Virus record (IMG/VR): IMGVR_UViG_3300017785_002213
Location: 1 to 50,705 of that record
Direction: 5' to 3' (one strand)
Source: a virus
Taxonomy: Duplodnaviria > Caudoviricetes
Length of the DNA: 50,705 nt
In this document: positions 35,724 to 44,733 of the stretch, piece by piece
Layout: every line of letters starts with the position of its first letter
Numbering within the stretch: the first letter of the stretch is position 1
Position numbers and translations under genes: made by a program
Notes under the pieces: model-generated
The model's database searches: none
Told to the model about the DNA's origin: nothing
The model's input: the letters and a program-made list of their open reading frames with translations, nothing else

Positions 35724-35981
35724 TTACTCTTGCTTCCCTTCGTCAGGTGGACGGCGCTCCATACCGATGCGGTAGTGCATGAACGCGAGCGAAAGGTATT
35801 TGATGGCTTCGCTACCTTCTTGGTATCTTGCGCCTGTTCGCACAACCATATTTGCAAGCAAATTCGCCGTGCTGGCGAAGGCGTGGATAGCCTCGTCAGT
35901 CTTTTCGTTGTTCGTTGTTGGGAACGAGAACATAGTCTTCAAAGACTCTGTTAGTTCATTTACTGGGTTGTTGTTTTCCAT
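35724..35981 (-). CDS. Hypothetical helical protein, weak Acb2/Tad1-hairpin resemblance
   Basis: QEGSEAIKYLSLAFMHY..GMERR. Confidence 0.55.
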   Translation of the reverse strand: MENNNPVNELTESLKTMFSFPTTNNEKTDEAIHAFASTANLLANMVVRTGARYQEGSEAIKYLSLAFMHYRIGMERRPPDEGKQE

Positions 35982-35983
35982 AA

Positions 35984-36934
35984 TTATTCTCCTCTCAAAA
36001 ATTGAATCCAATCATTTCCTCCTGCATCGAACCAGCTTTTACCTTGCAGGTCGATGATTAATTGGTGAGCCTCTACCTCATCGGGGACTTGGGTGACGAT
36101 CTCCGAGTTTGACCAGTTCTCTACATTGAGGATCAAGAAGCGGTGAGGCATGGGTTTCTGCTTCTCCTCTTTGCCTTGGGCTTCGCGGACTTTGCCGCGA
36201 ACCTCTTGTGAGGATAGCTTCTCAGTCTTCGCCGCTTCGACTAGCTGGGCCTTCTTCTTTTCGGGCAGGTCAGCGTTGCCGATCTCACGATAGACTGTGA
36301 ATGGTAGCATGGCATCCCGTTGTTTAGCAGGGAAGGCTTTGCAGGCGCGAGCGTATCCAGATACAGTCGAGTAGGACTTCTTGAACTGGGCGCACAACTG
36401 ATTAACTACATCCTCATGCCCAGCATTCTCTAGGGCTACCACCGAATCACCGATGATCCATTGGCTACCAGACTCCAAAGTAAGGCCGAAGGCGAAGGCT
36501 TTCACCCAGTCCTGCATGGATACTTCACCCTTAGGGACGCATTGCGTCATGCCTGCGCCGAGGTCAAACTTCTGCGTGAAGCTGGAAAGCTCTAGTCCTT
36601 CGGTGACACTCTGCACTAGCTCCAACTTCTCTTGGGATTCCTCAGAGACTGGATTATCGGTAACGATAACGGGTTCCTTGTCTGCCATCAATTCAGAAGC
36701 TGACTCAAAGTCATACGCCATCTTCTCATACATCTCCGCGACCTCATCGGCCACATTGTCTTCGATATATTGGTTCTTCTTCACCTTATCCCAGACTTTC
36801 TTGATAAGAGTTTCGGTCATCGTGATCCCCTTCCACTCTTCTTGAGCGAAGGTTAACATCTGCTTAAGGTAAGTTGCTTCGTTTACGAGTTGTCCCTCAT
36901 GGAGAGGGCTGAATAGTTCTAGTTTAGTTTTCAT
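35984..36934 (-). CDS. Putative DNA-binding protein, LmbU-like C-terminal domain
   Basis: QWIIGD...SYSTVSGYARACKAFP..QR...LPFTVYREI...LVEAA..EKLS..EVR matches the spacing of the LmbU-like pattern. Confidence 0.55.
   Translation of the reverse strand: MKTKLELFSPLHEGQLVNEATYLKQMLTFAQEEWKGITMTETLIKKVWDKVKKNQYIEDNVADEVAEMYEKMAYDFESASELMADKEPVIVTDNPVSEESQEKLELVQSVTEGLELSSFTQKFDLGAGMTQCVPKGEVSMQDWVKAFAFGLTLESGSQWIIGDSVVALENAGHEDVVNQLCAQFKKSYSTVSGYARACKAFPAKQRDAMLPFTVYREIGNADLPEKKKAQLVEAAKTEKLSSQEVRGKVREAQGKEEKQKPMPHRFLILNVENWSNSEIVTQVPDEVEAHQLIIDLQGKSWFDAGGNDWIQFLRGE
36654..36669. repeat. Dispersed palindrome TTATCGGTAACGATAA
   Basis: Inside the LmbU-like gene. Confidence 0.9.
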
Positions 36935-37163
36935 GTGTTTTTGTTGTGAATTTCATTAATGCTATGAGGACATTGCCTCTTGGTTGAACGCTGTAATCTT
37001 TATCCAATGCAAGCCAGCGACTCACCTGCACGGCTCCGCTCCTGCCTTCGGACAATTTCTCACCCTCTGGCAGGTAGCGGTTGAGGATAGAAGGCATATC
37101 TTTAATCAGAATACCTTCCTCCCTCATGCGTTCTAAGACGCGCTCTATGACTTCATTTACCAC
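36924..37163 (-). CDS. Small possible HTH protein
   Basis: AVQVSRWL...QPRG segment. Confidence 0.5.
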   Translation of the reverse strand: MVNEVIERVLERMREEGILIKDMPSILNRYLPEGEKLSEGRSGAVQVSRWLALDKDYSVQPRGNVLIALMKFTTKTHEN

Positions 37164-37166
37164 GGG

Positions 37167-37973
37167 TTATTCCCACGGAATGTCATCTTGTTCTTCAAGT
37201 GGCCCGTCCAGATTGAAGTCGATGCCAGCTTGCTCAACACACTTGGCGAATGGAGTTGTGAATCCCTTCTCCAAGTAGAATTGGTAGAGTTTAGTGAGGT
37301 CTTTTTTGCCAATCTCGGCAAGTTTCTCACCCTTTCGTGATCCACTTGGAACAATAGCAGACCCCCAGTTTTTCGGGTCACAGACAGGAACAGAAGGTTC
37401 TGTGGGAACAGAAGCCATGACAATTCCCTTCCTGTTAGCTTCGATGAATACCGATGCTACATAAGAGCGAAGAGTCTCCTCATCACTAGCCCTGCCTGCA
37501 TACGCATGGCGAACCAACCCGTCGATGTAGATGTGCATCTCAACGATGCTATCAATAGCCTTCTTAGGATCACCGATCTGTGTCTGGCTGGGTGTTGCAG
37601 AACTTGCAACACGGGGAGGCTCTTCGCTATGCTCGCCAATCTCGATCTTAGCTGATGCCGTAACTCGGATGACATCACGATCAACTTTACCATTCTTACC
37701 ATCGTAAGACTCATGGTCGAGTGTAACGCCGCTCAATCCATGCTTGCTCCGCACAGAAGATAAAGTTACTACTTTTCCCTTAAGAGAATCTGATTGGTTA
37801 TTGTTCCAGAATGCAAGACCATACGATGTTCCGTCGATCTCGATCTCTCCACCTTGCTTTGTGAATTCGCCTTTCGGCCCGTTGAAAGTTCTGGCTTCCC
37901 AGAGCTTCGTTATCTTTCCTGTGACTCGCTTAATGACATCTTTCTGTTCGATGCCGTCTAGTTGGTTACTCAT
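37167..37973 (-). CDS. Single-stranded DNA-binding protein (probable)
   Basis: OB-fold-like N-terminus and acidic tail EEQDDIPWE; next to the exonuclease. Confidence 0.6.
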   Translation of the reverse strand: MSNQLDGIEQKDVIKRVTGKITKLWEARTFNGPKGEFTKQGGEIEIDGTSYGLAFWNNNQSDSLKGKVVTLSSVRSKHGLSGVTLDHESYDGKNGKVDRDVIRVTASAKIEIGEHSEEPPRVASSATPSQTQIGDPKKAIDSIVEMHIYIDGLVRHAYAGRASDEETLRSYVASVFIEANRKGIVMASVPTEPSVPVCDPKNWGSAIVPSGSRKGEKLAEIGKKDLTKLYQFYLEKGFTTPFAKCVEQAGIDFNLDGPLEEQDDIPWE

Positions 37974-38829
37974 TATATGTTTGTTTGTAGTAGTGGCAGA
38001 AGGAGTTCACGCTGCAAAACCTTTCGCAACGGATGTTTCCTCCCTGCCTTTTTTCGATTGAGTGTTTCGCTCCATAGGTAGGAAGTAAATTTTGGGCTTC
38101 CTCCATTGTATCGCACACCTTTGCTGCTCGTTTATTGCCATCCTTCTTAATGGCAAAAGTATCTGCTTTAGCCCATCGTTCTTCTGGCAAGCACTCTGGA
38201 ATGTCATCGTCGAGTTTCTTCGCGCCAGATTGATGCAATGCGACTCGCTTGGTTGCGTATGCAATACACTCTTCTTCACTCCAGAGAGGAATGTCAACGA
38301 TGTGGACTGCACACTGGGGATAGTCTTTGTCAAACTCAGCCTTGCTCGACTGCCAATCCCGAAGGATGGCGACGATCTGACCTTTCTTGACTTCATACCC
38401 ATAGCTTCTCCATAGCATGGCGTTCAGATTGATCTGGGCTTCCCACTCAGACTTTGTTCCAAGCATGAATGAGAAGACTGATGTTACTTTGAAATCGGAG
38501 ATAGTTTTGTTCTCCGTTTCGTAGAGATCAGTCTGACCAGAGATAGTCCAGCCATTGATGTCCATGTAAAGTCGGCGTTCTGTCTGCTCTGTCTCACCGC
38601 CTGCTAGTTCAAGGACTTTGTGGACTGACTGACCTAACAGAGTCCAGACCCTATCAGATGCGTCCTCTGTGATCTCTTCCGAATGCCGCTTGCGAAGCTG
38701 GAAGATTTTCGATGGGCCAATCAGACTAGTCACCGAGATGTCGAAGGGCTTCGACCCCGGAGTGTATCCATCGTGACTCAACGCCCGAAACATCGGGGCT
38801 GGCAAGTTATGGTCGTTCGTTATCTTCAT
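37966..38829 (-). CDS. PD-(D/E)XK / Cas4-like exonuclease
   Basis: GQSVHKVLE, ISGQTD, SDFKVT, QINL, C-terminal CERFCSVNSFC. Confidence 0.75.
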   Translation of the reverse strand: MKITNDHNLPAPMFRALSHDGYTPGSKPFDISVTSLIGPSKIFQLRKRHSEEITEDASDRVWTLLGQSVHKVLELAGGETEQTERRLYMDINGWTISGQTDLYETENKTISDFKVTSVFSFMLGTKSEWEAQINLNAMLWRSYGYEVKKGQIVAILRDWQSSKAEFDKDYPQCAVHIVDIPLWSEEECIAYATKRVALHQSGAKKLDDDIPECLPEERWAKADTFAIKKDGNKRAAKVCDTMEEAQNLLPTYGAKHSIEKRQGGNIRCERFCSVNSFCHYYKQTYNE

Positions 38830-38932
38830 CTTGCCTGTCCAAGTCTTCGCACCTACGGAGATACTTTTCGTAACGCTCCTCTTCGATCTCTGATGTGAGA
38901 TCAGTTTCATACCAATCGCGCTCGTCACTCAT
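38807..38932 (-). CDS. Small acidic peptide (41 aa)
   Basis: MSDERDWYETDLTSEIEEERYEKYLRRCEDLDRQDEDNERP; ATGA coupling to the upstream gene. Confidence 0.4.
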   Translation of the reverse strand: MSDERDWYETDLTSEIEEERYEKYLRRCEDLDRQDEDNERP

Positions 38933-39129
38933 TTCTTTTCCTCCCATACTGTGGCGATGATTTCACTCACTCCACGGAGGTGTTTGGCGATTTCGAGTGC
39001 TTGGTTGGCGTCCTTGAGTTCTCCTCGGTTGAATTGACCTTGGACTGCGACTGCCTCGATCAAGCGAAGGTAAACTTCTTCTTGGATGGAGGCCGATTTG
39101 ACTGCTGGTTTTGTTGGTTCTTTGCTCAT
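38929..39129 (-). CDS. Hypothetical protein
   Basis: Start MSKEPTK behind a TTGACC at 39168. Confidence 0.55.
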   Translation of the reverse strand: MSKEPTKPAVKSASIQEEVYLRLIEAVAVQGQFNRGELKDANQALEIAKHLRGVSEIIATVWEEKK

Positions 39130-39186
39130 GGCGGATGCGATAAGACAACAGATATGTTGCGCGGTCAATAGTTTTTTTGAAGAAAA

Positions 39187-39202
39187 TTATCGGTAACGAT
39201 AA
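39187..39202. repeat. Dispersed palindrome TTATCGGTAACGATAA
   Basis: Intergenic, between terminator and promoter. Confidence 0.9.
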
Positions 39203-39237
39203 AAAGAAAAGGGAGCCAATTTCTCAGCCCCCTTTCC
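39201..39237 (-). terminator. Rho-independent terminator after the large virion gene
   Basis: AAAGGGGGCT...GGCTCCCTTTTCTTTTT on the minus strand. Confidence 0.7.
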
Positions 39238-39308
39238 AACACATGAATAACCAAAAACCGAAGCGAGTCTGCCTTGGTAGAGCCAGACTACATCAGCCTC
39301 TGCGGGTG

Positions 39309-42300
39309 TCAAGGAGTTTTAGTGATGTCAGTCAAAACCCTCGGCATTTCTTTTCCAATCGCTCTGATTTCTTTGATCGGAACTTTATTCTCGTTGAGCT
39401 TTGAGCGGCGCAAAACTTCATTGCTGACTTCGTATGGAACATAGCGTCCCTTGCTGATTGCAATGGCTTCTTTCTTGCTGATTCCAATATCAGTCATCAG
39501 CCGGACAGCCTCTGCTGGACTGGCTCCAGCCCTACGAACTGCCATGTAGTCACGATACATATCATTCCAGATTTCGTAGCGAGTTTGCTCTGATCTGCGA
39601 TAGGCATCGACCTGCTCTTGCTCATCCACTCTGCGTCTGCGGGTGGCTACATCGCGGAAGATACGCTCAGATTCGTTTGCTGCTCTGCTGAATTCCCAAG
39701 CCTTGTTGGAGAATGCAGCCTTCATGTCAAGAGTCTCGAAACGAATACCAGTCAACTCAGCCGCGATCTCTTTTGCTGGAGCGGGAGCGCGAGTTCCGAC
39801 AGTCTCACCTTGAATTGCAGGAATGATTCTCTCACGCAATCTAGTAATGGTTCCCGGTGTGAATGTCTTTCCAAAGATGTGCAACATGATCTTGCTCGTC
39901 TTGGTTGTGATGTCATCCTGCGGGTTGTAGATTTGCTTTCCAGTTTCGGTGCGGTTCCTCATCGCATCAGCGATAGTAGCCGTAACAGGTTGCTCGCTGG
40001 CAAACGGAGACAAGAAAGAACCTAGTGCCTGCGCTGCGATCTCCTCTGGCTTATCTCCCTTGGCAAACCCAGACATCATTGCAATGAACGGATCGGTCAT
40101 CGCATTGTATGGATTGATGTAGGAGACATTGATGAAATTGTATGTCCCGTCTTTAGACTTCGGCATCCAAGCAAGTGAGGCGTCCTTGGCCCAAGGTGGA
40201 AGCATCCTGCGAACATCTTCCTCTTCATCATCGCCAATTCCAGATGCAAGTTTGCTGAGAAGGTTGATGCCAAACGCACCCATAGATAGGGTTGTCATGG
40301 CTCCAGCGAGTCTCTTGATGCCTTCTGCCTTATGCTCTGGAGTCGGCCCGTTGATGTCCTCGAAAGCATAACGCAAGTTGTGGAACGATGTGCGGAATGT
40401 CTCGTAGAAGAAGGTAGCGAACGGCCCAAAGAATGGTTGCCTGCGGAATAAACGAAGGGCTTCGGAGGACTGCGAGTAGGTAGGGTAGGTATCCCGTGTT
40501 CTCTCTGCCGCGATGGACTGGGCGGTTTGCTTGTCCATGCCTTTATTCATGCGCTGGATTCGCTTCGTTTCATTCAACCATCCTACTAGTTTACCGAACT
40601 CGTCTGTCTTCTGGTAGAGTTCTTGAGCAGACTTAACGCCCTTGAGATACATCCGAGTCAGAACGAATTGCTTTGTGAATTCATCTGGCCCGATGTCATC
40701 GAATGTCTCAAGCCCTACTTCTTGGAATGCCGTGCGGAGTTCTCCAGCATAAGCGTTCTCGTTGACCAGCCCTTGAGCGGCGGCGAGCTTTACCAATTCC
40801 TTCTTGGCATCTTCTTGTGAGATACCTTTCTCTTTGGCTATAGCATCAATCTCTTGTCGGATTACACGCCAGTTGTAGTGACCATTGAACACAAAGAACG
40901 CTGGTTGACCTAGCATATTTCTCATCTGAGTGAGAACAGAGCCAACAGTAAGGTTGAGTTTTCCAACTGCGTTCAGCCAAGCCAGAACATAAAGACCGGG
41001 GTTTTCTCTTGCGTCATACCCTTTACCGAACTCCTCGAAAGCCTTGGCGATCTCTGGTGTAGTGCGGAGTCCATTGAGAGGAGACATCGTGCGGGATTCC
41101 TCTGCTGCGATCTGAGTATTGAATCCTTTCGGTGCGTCCTTTTCTGTGAACAAGAACTCACCAGTTCCTTTAGCCTTTACCTCATTCAAGAACTTCTGGT
41201 CTGAGACAAACCTAGAAATCTTGCCGATAGTATTAGCGTAATTGAAGATGACATTGGTATTCTCACCCATCACTTCGCGGAGAACCTTTGGCACTTTCGC
41301 CCTCTCCATCATAACAGTTAGGTCTTTTGCCCCTAGCTTTCCTCCACGCTTGCGAAGTCCTTCCGCATCACTCGCCCAGTCGTTGAGCATATTGCGTAGC
41401 TCACGATCTGCCATCTCGATAGTAGCCTCCGGGTCGTTCTTGAGTTGCTGTTGATACAAGAAGTTCCTAGCTGCGGTTAGCTTCTCGGTTGGAATCTTGT
41501 TTACCCAGTTCTTGTCTGTGAAAATCTTGTAGCTACGGGTGAGATATACGCCAAGGTTTGCGGAAATCTTAGCCGCCAATTCATCTGGCAATACATTTAG
41601 ATCAACCAACTGCCTAGACATTGCATCAATGTGTTGCCTCATGCGGGTCAATGGCTCACGCACAGGTTCTGGCATGGTATTGATGTCGATCTTACCAGCT
41701 AAGGCATCGTTGAGTTGTTGGACAAATTCTGGCGGAACAGAGACAAGACCTTTCGCAATCATTTCCATCTTTGAAATACCAAAGACTTCTCTGATGCCAG
41801 CATACAAATCCTTGATAGCAAACTCAGCTTCCTTCTGCTCCCTAGATAGAGCTGCGTTTCGTTTAACCCAAGATTGGAATACTGCCTTTGGTAGCCAGCC
41901 TTCTTTTGTGAAGTATTTGCGAAGGTTCTTCTCTGCGAATTCAGCTACAGGATTCTTTGGAGCGAAGGCTAGTGGCTTAACCTTCTTCTGCTTCATCTTG
42001 TTTAAGATGGCAGTATCTGCGCGGAGCTTGTATTTGCGGACATCATTATTTGTAATGCCTAGCTCTTTAGCTACCTGATCCTCGGTCTTGCCTTCGTTGA
42101 CTAGCTTATTGAAGACATCAAAGACTGTTGTTCCAGCCTCCTTCACGGCAGAATCAACTAGGCTTTCTTGCTCTTGAGCCTGCTGGACTAGCTGCTGGGT
42201 CTGCTCATCTGGAGTAGAAGGATCTGTTATCGGCTTCTCTGGAACGGGTTGGGCTGCTGCCATCCTCTTAACTTCTTGCTGAACCTCAGTATCTACACCT

Positions 42301-44696
42301 TCAATTACTTCTCCCGTCTTAAATCTTTCTGCTGCAACTACAGCGATATTGCTGGCCAGTCTCCTTGGATTACGAGCAAGCGACTTGAAGTATGGGCTGA
42401 ATATAGATAAAGATTCTGTGACAAAATCAAGAATCTCATCAATGAACTTTTGGAAAATGTTTCTATTATCTGGAGCGTCATTCAAGAATCTATCGAATGC
42501 GCGGATTTGAGACTCTTCATTCTTCTCTCCAGCTTCATAGTCAGAATAAACTTGTTCGATAAAAGAATCTAACTTCTGTCTGCTTTTCTTTGTTAACCTT
42601 TTGTAAAGGCGAGAGAATGCCTTCTTCCACCTTGGGTCTTGGTAGATATAGTGACCAAGCTCGTGAGAGATACTATCCTCGATATTATCCTCTGGGCTGT
42701 AATGCGCTTGGTTAATCTCGATCTTGTTAGTATTTGGATTGTATGCAGCTACATATCCATACTGTCCTTTGGGAGCGGGATCGTTTACAACCTCAATACT
42801 TTCAGCGGGAACTCCTTCAAATACCTTTTGTGCATTGGCAATGATCGTTTCTTTTGGAACTTGCTTCTCGACTGACAACGCTGGAGTAGGAGTAAAATCG
42901 TATGTGGTCGCGCCCGTCTTTGTCTTTTTCTTTGGGAGCAATGGTTTCTTGCTCTTGGAAGGTGTTATCGTTTCCGATACTGCGGGTTGGTAAACATACA
43001 GGTCACCTTGTTTGGTGTATCCTTCTGGAAGGGTGATTCCGTATGAATCTACTGCATTAACTGGAATTGATCGCTGAACAAATGCTTCTATAGTTTTTTC
43101 GCCACTTTGTCTGGCTTCATAAAGCCTATTATTTCCATCAATAACTTTTCCTGATGTATCTATAACAATTGGGCCTTTTGTTACAGAGCCTCTTGGTATA
43201 AATGTTTTTGGCGTAGCCTCAACTTCGCTTATAGGAAGAGTAACGCGCTCCCAAGAACTTCCTTGAAATGGATCAGGAGCATTTATACTTCCTCCTATGT
43301 TTGTTCTTATTTCTGAACTGGTATCCATTACTGCCATTCTCGCATATTCGGGCAGTTTATCTTGAGTAACCAGTTTAGGTTTAGGCGCACCCTTTGGAGC
43401 AGGCTTCTCTACAGGAGCAGGCGTGATAGCTGGAGCCTCGGCAACAGGAGTGAATGCCTCGGCAGCAGGCGCGGCAATCTGCTTGGCTAACTCAATCTGC
43501 TGTTGCTCGGCGGTAGTTATCGGTAACGATAATCCAGTAGGAAGAGTCTCGTTGAGCTTTGTAATCTCATCGGTGTTATCGACGATAGTCTGCTGCGCGG
43601 CTTTACCTTCTTCAGACTCAACGCCAAACTTGTTGATGATAGCTAGAGAGTCCTTGTTCTCTTGCTCTAGAATATTTGCTTTATCTAAATTAGCGCGGAC
43701 TTCTGGATCATCTACAGGAATAGAAAGATCGCGGGATTCAAGGTCAGCTTCTTTCTCGATGTCCACTTGCGCTTTCTGAAGCGGACTCATAACTATAGTA
43801 GCCCCTCCAGCAGACACGCCACCGATCAATGCCTCGCCTAGCGCGGCCTTCGGTTTAATCTCTAGTCCCTTCTCTGTCAAAATTGTTTCGCCTGTTTGCT
43901 GGGCTAATGCCTGCGCTCCTTCAGTAGCTCCCTCACCAAGGAATGAGGCCGCGATTCTCTTAGTCAAAGCACCAACTGCCTTCTCTCCACCGGGGAGATA
44001 CTTCGCGCCAATAGCATTCAGCGCACCTCCAGCACCTGCTGTAGTCCAAGCATAGGCCAAGTCTTCGCTGTTCGGAACTTCTCTTCCATTGTTCTTGGCT
44101 CGTTCTTGGGCGACTGGGCCGACGATCTGTGCAGCTTCAAACAATGCTGGGCCAGTAAACATACCGATCCCAGCACCAACTGCTGTTCCCGCGCCGGGAA
44201 CTACTGAGCCAGCAGCCCCGCCAATGACTCCACCAGCAGCCCTAGATGCGACACTCCCTGCGAGTTGTCCGACCTGTTCAACGATAGCGCGAGGTAGATA
44301 CTGGAAGGCGAATCCTCCGAGTTGAGCTTCGCCAGCTTGTGGTTCCATGAACCTCTGCGCTGCTGGAACATAGCCTTCTGGTTGTTCTACTGCGCCTTTG
44401 AGTGCAGCACCAACTTCTGGCATACCAAGAGTCTCGGCAGTAACACCCATCGCTTGCAATGGTTGAGCTATACCAGATTTAAGCGCGGCTCCAAGCTGAG
44501 ATACTTCTTGCTCTACCGAAGTTCCCACTGGTTGCTGTGGAAGGCTTGAAAAGTAATCAGATACTTCATCTAATGAATAGCCTTCTTGCTTTGCTGATTT
44601 GAATCTTTCATCTTGGCCTGCAACGAAATCCCAAATTTCATCATCGGAATATCCTTCTTTTCTAGCATTTCCAAGGAGTTCAGCGTTGAAATTCAT
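39309..44696 (-). CDS. Large internal virion / DNA-ejection protein (polyvalent-like)
   Basis: 1795 aa; Gly/Ala-rich hydrophobic N-terminal region, ParB-like VIDGNNRL segment, HELGH zincin motif; last gene of the tail operon. Confidence 0.65.
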   Translation of the reverse strand: MNFNAELLGNARKEGYSDDEIWDFVAGQDERFKSAKQEGYSLDEVSDYFSSLPQQPVGTSVEQEVSQLGAALKSGIAQPLQAMGVTAETLGMPEVGAALKGAVEQPEGYVPAAQRFMEPQAGEAQLGGFAFQYLPRAIVEQVGQLAGSVASRAAGGVIGGAAGSVVPGAGTAVGAGIGMFTGPALFEAAQIVGPVAQERAKNNGREVPNSEDLAYAWTTAGAGGALNAIGAKYLPGGEKAVGALTKRIAASFLGEGATEGAQALAQQTGETILTEKGLEIKPKAALGEALIGGVSAGGATIVMSPLQKAQVDIEKEADLESRDLSIPVDDPEVRANLDKANILEQENKDSLAIINKFGVESEEGKAAQQTIVDNTDEITKLNETLPTGLSLPITTAEQQQIELAKQIAAPAAEAFTPVAEAPAITPAPVEKPAPKGAPKPKLVTQDKLPEYARMAVMDTSSEIRTNIGGSINAPDPFQGSSWERVTLPISEVEATPKTFIPRGSVTKGPIVIDTSGKVIDGNNRLYEARQSGEKTIEAFVQRSIPVNAVDSYGITLPEGYTKQGDLYVYQPAVSETITPSKSKKPLLPKKKTKTGATTYDFTPTPALSVEKQVPKETIIANAQKVFEGVPAESIEVVNDPAPKGQYGYVAAYNPNTNKIEINQAHYSPEDNIEDSISHELGHYIYQDPRWKKAFSRLYKRLTKKSRQKLDSFIEQVYSDYEAGEKNEESQIRAFDRFLNDAPDNRNIFQKFIDEILDFVTESLSIFSPYFKSLARNPRRLASNIAVVAAERFKTGEVIEGVDTEVQQEVKRMAAAQPVPEKPITDPSTPDEQTQQLVQQAQEQESLVDSAVKEAGTTVFDVFNKLVNEGKTEDQVAKELGITNNDVRKYKLRADTAILNKMKQKKVKPLAFAPKNPVAEFAEKNLRKYFTKEGWLPKAVFQSWVKRNAALSREQKEAEFAIKDLYAGIREVFGISKMEMIAKGLVSVPPEFVQQLNDALAGKIDINTMPEPVREPLTRMRQHIDAMSRQLVDLNVLPDELAAKISANLGVYLTRSYKIFTDKNWVNKIPTEKLTAARNFLYQQQLKNDPEATIEMADRELRNMLNDWASDAEGLRKRGGKLGAKDLTVMMERAKVPKVLREVMGENTNVIFNYANTIGKISRFVSDQKFLNEVKAKGTGEFLFTEKDAPKGFNTQIAAEESRTMSPLNGLRTTPEIAKAFEEFGKGYDARENPGLYVLAWLNAVGKLNLTVGSVLTQMRNMLGQPAFFVFNGHYNWRVIRQEIDAIAKEKGISQEDAKKELVKLAAAQGLVNENAYAGELRTAFQEVGLETFDDIGPDEFTKQFVLTRMYLKGVKSAQELYQKTDEFGKLVGWLNETKRIQRMNKGMDKQTAQSIAAERTRDTYPTYSQSSEALRLFRRQPFFGPFATFFYETFRTSFHNLRYAFEDINGPTPEHKAEGIKRLAGAMTTLSMGAFGINLLSKLASGIGDDEEEDVRRMLPPWAKDASLAWMPKSKDGTYNFINVSYINPYNAMTDPFIAMMSGFAKGDKPEEIAAQALGSFLSPFASEQPVTATIADAMRNRTETGKQIYNPQDDITTKTSKIMLHIFGKTFTPGTITRLRERIIPAIQGETVGTRAPAPAKEIAAELTGIRFETLDMKAAFSNKAWEFSRAANESERIFRDVATRRRRVDEQEQVDAYRRSEQTRYEIWNDMYRDYMAVRRAGASPAEAVRLMTDIGISKKEAIAISKGRYVPYEVSNEVLRRSKLNENKVPIKEIRAIGKEMPRVLTDITKTP
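42965..42980. repeat. Degenerate palindrome copy TTATCGTTTCCGATAC
   Basis: Arms largely intact, spacer changed. Confidence 0.55.
43517..43532. repeat. Dispersed palindrome TTATCGGTAACGATAA
   Basis: Inside the large virion gene. Confidence 0.9.
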
Positions 44697-44733
44697 CTTG
44701 AACCTTTAACTAGAATGACAATATCATTCAAGT

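Noticed and set aside
37966-38829. Cas4-like nuclease as evidence of a CRISPR system
   Set aside because: Solo Cas4-like/PD-(D/E)XK exonucleases next to SSB are ordinary phage recombination genes.
43576-43588. TTATCGACGATAG, and the half-site at ~20458-20470, as extra palindrome copies
   Set aside because: Spacer length is wrong or only one arm matches; could be chance, so not counted.
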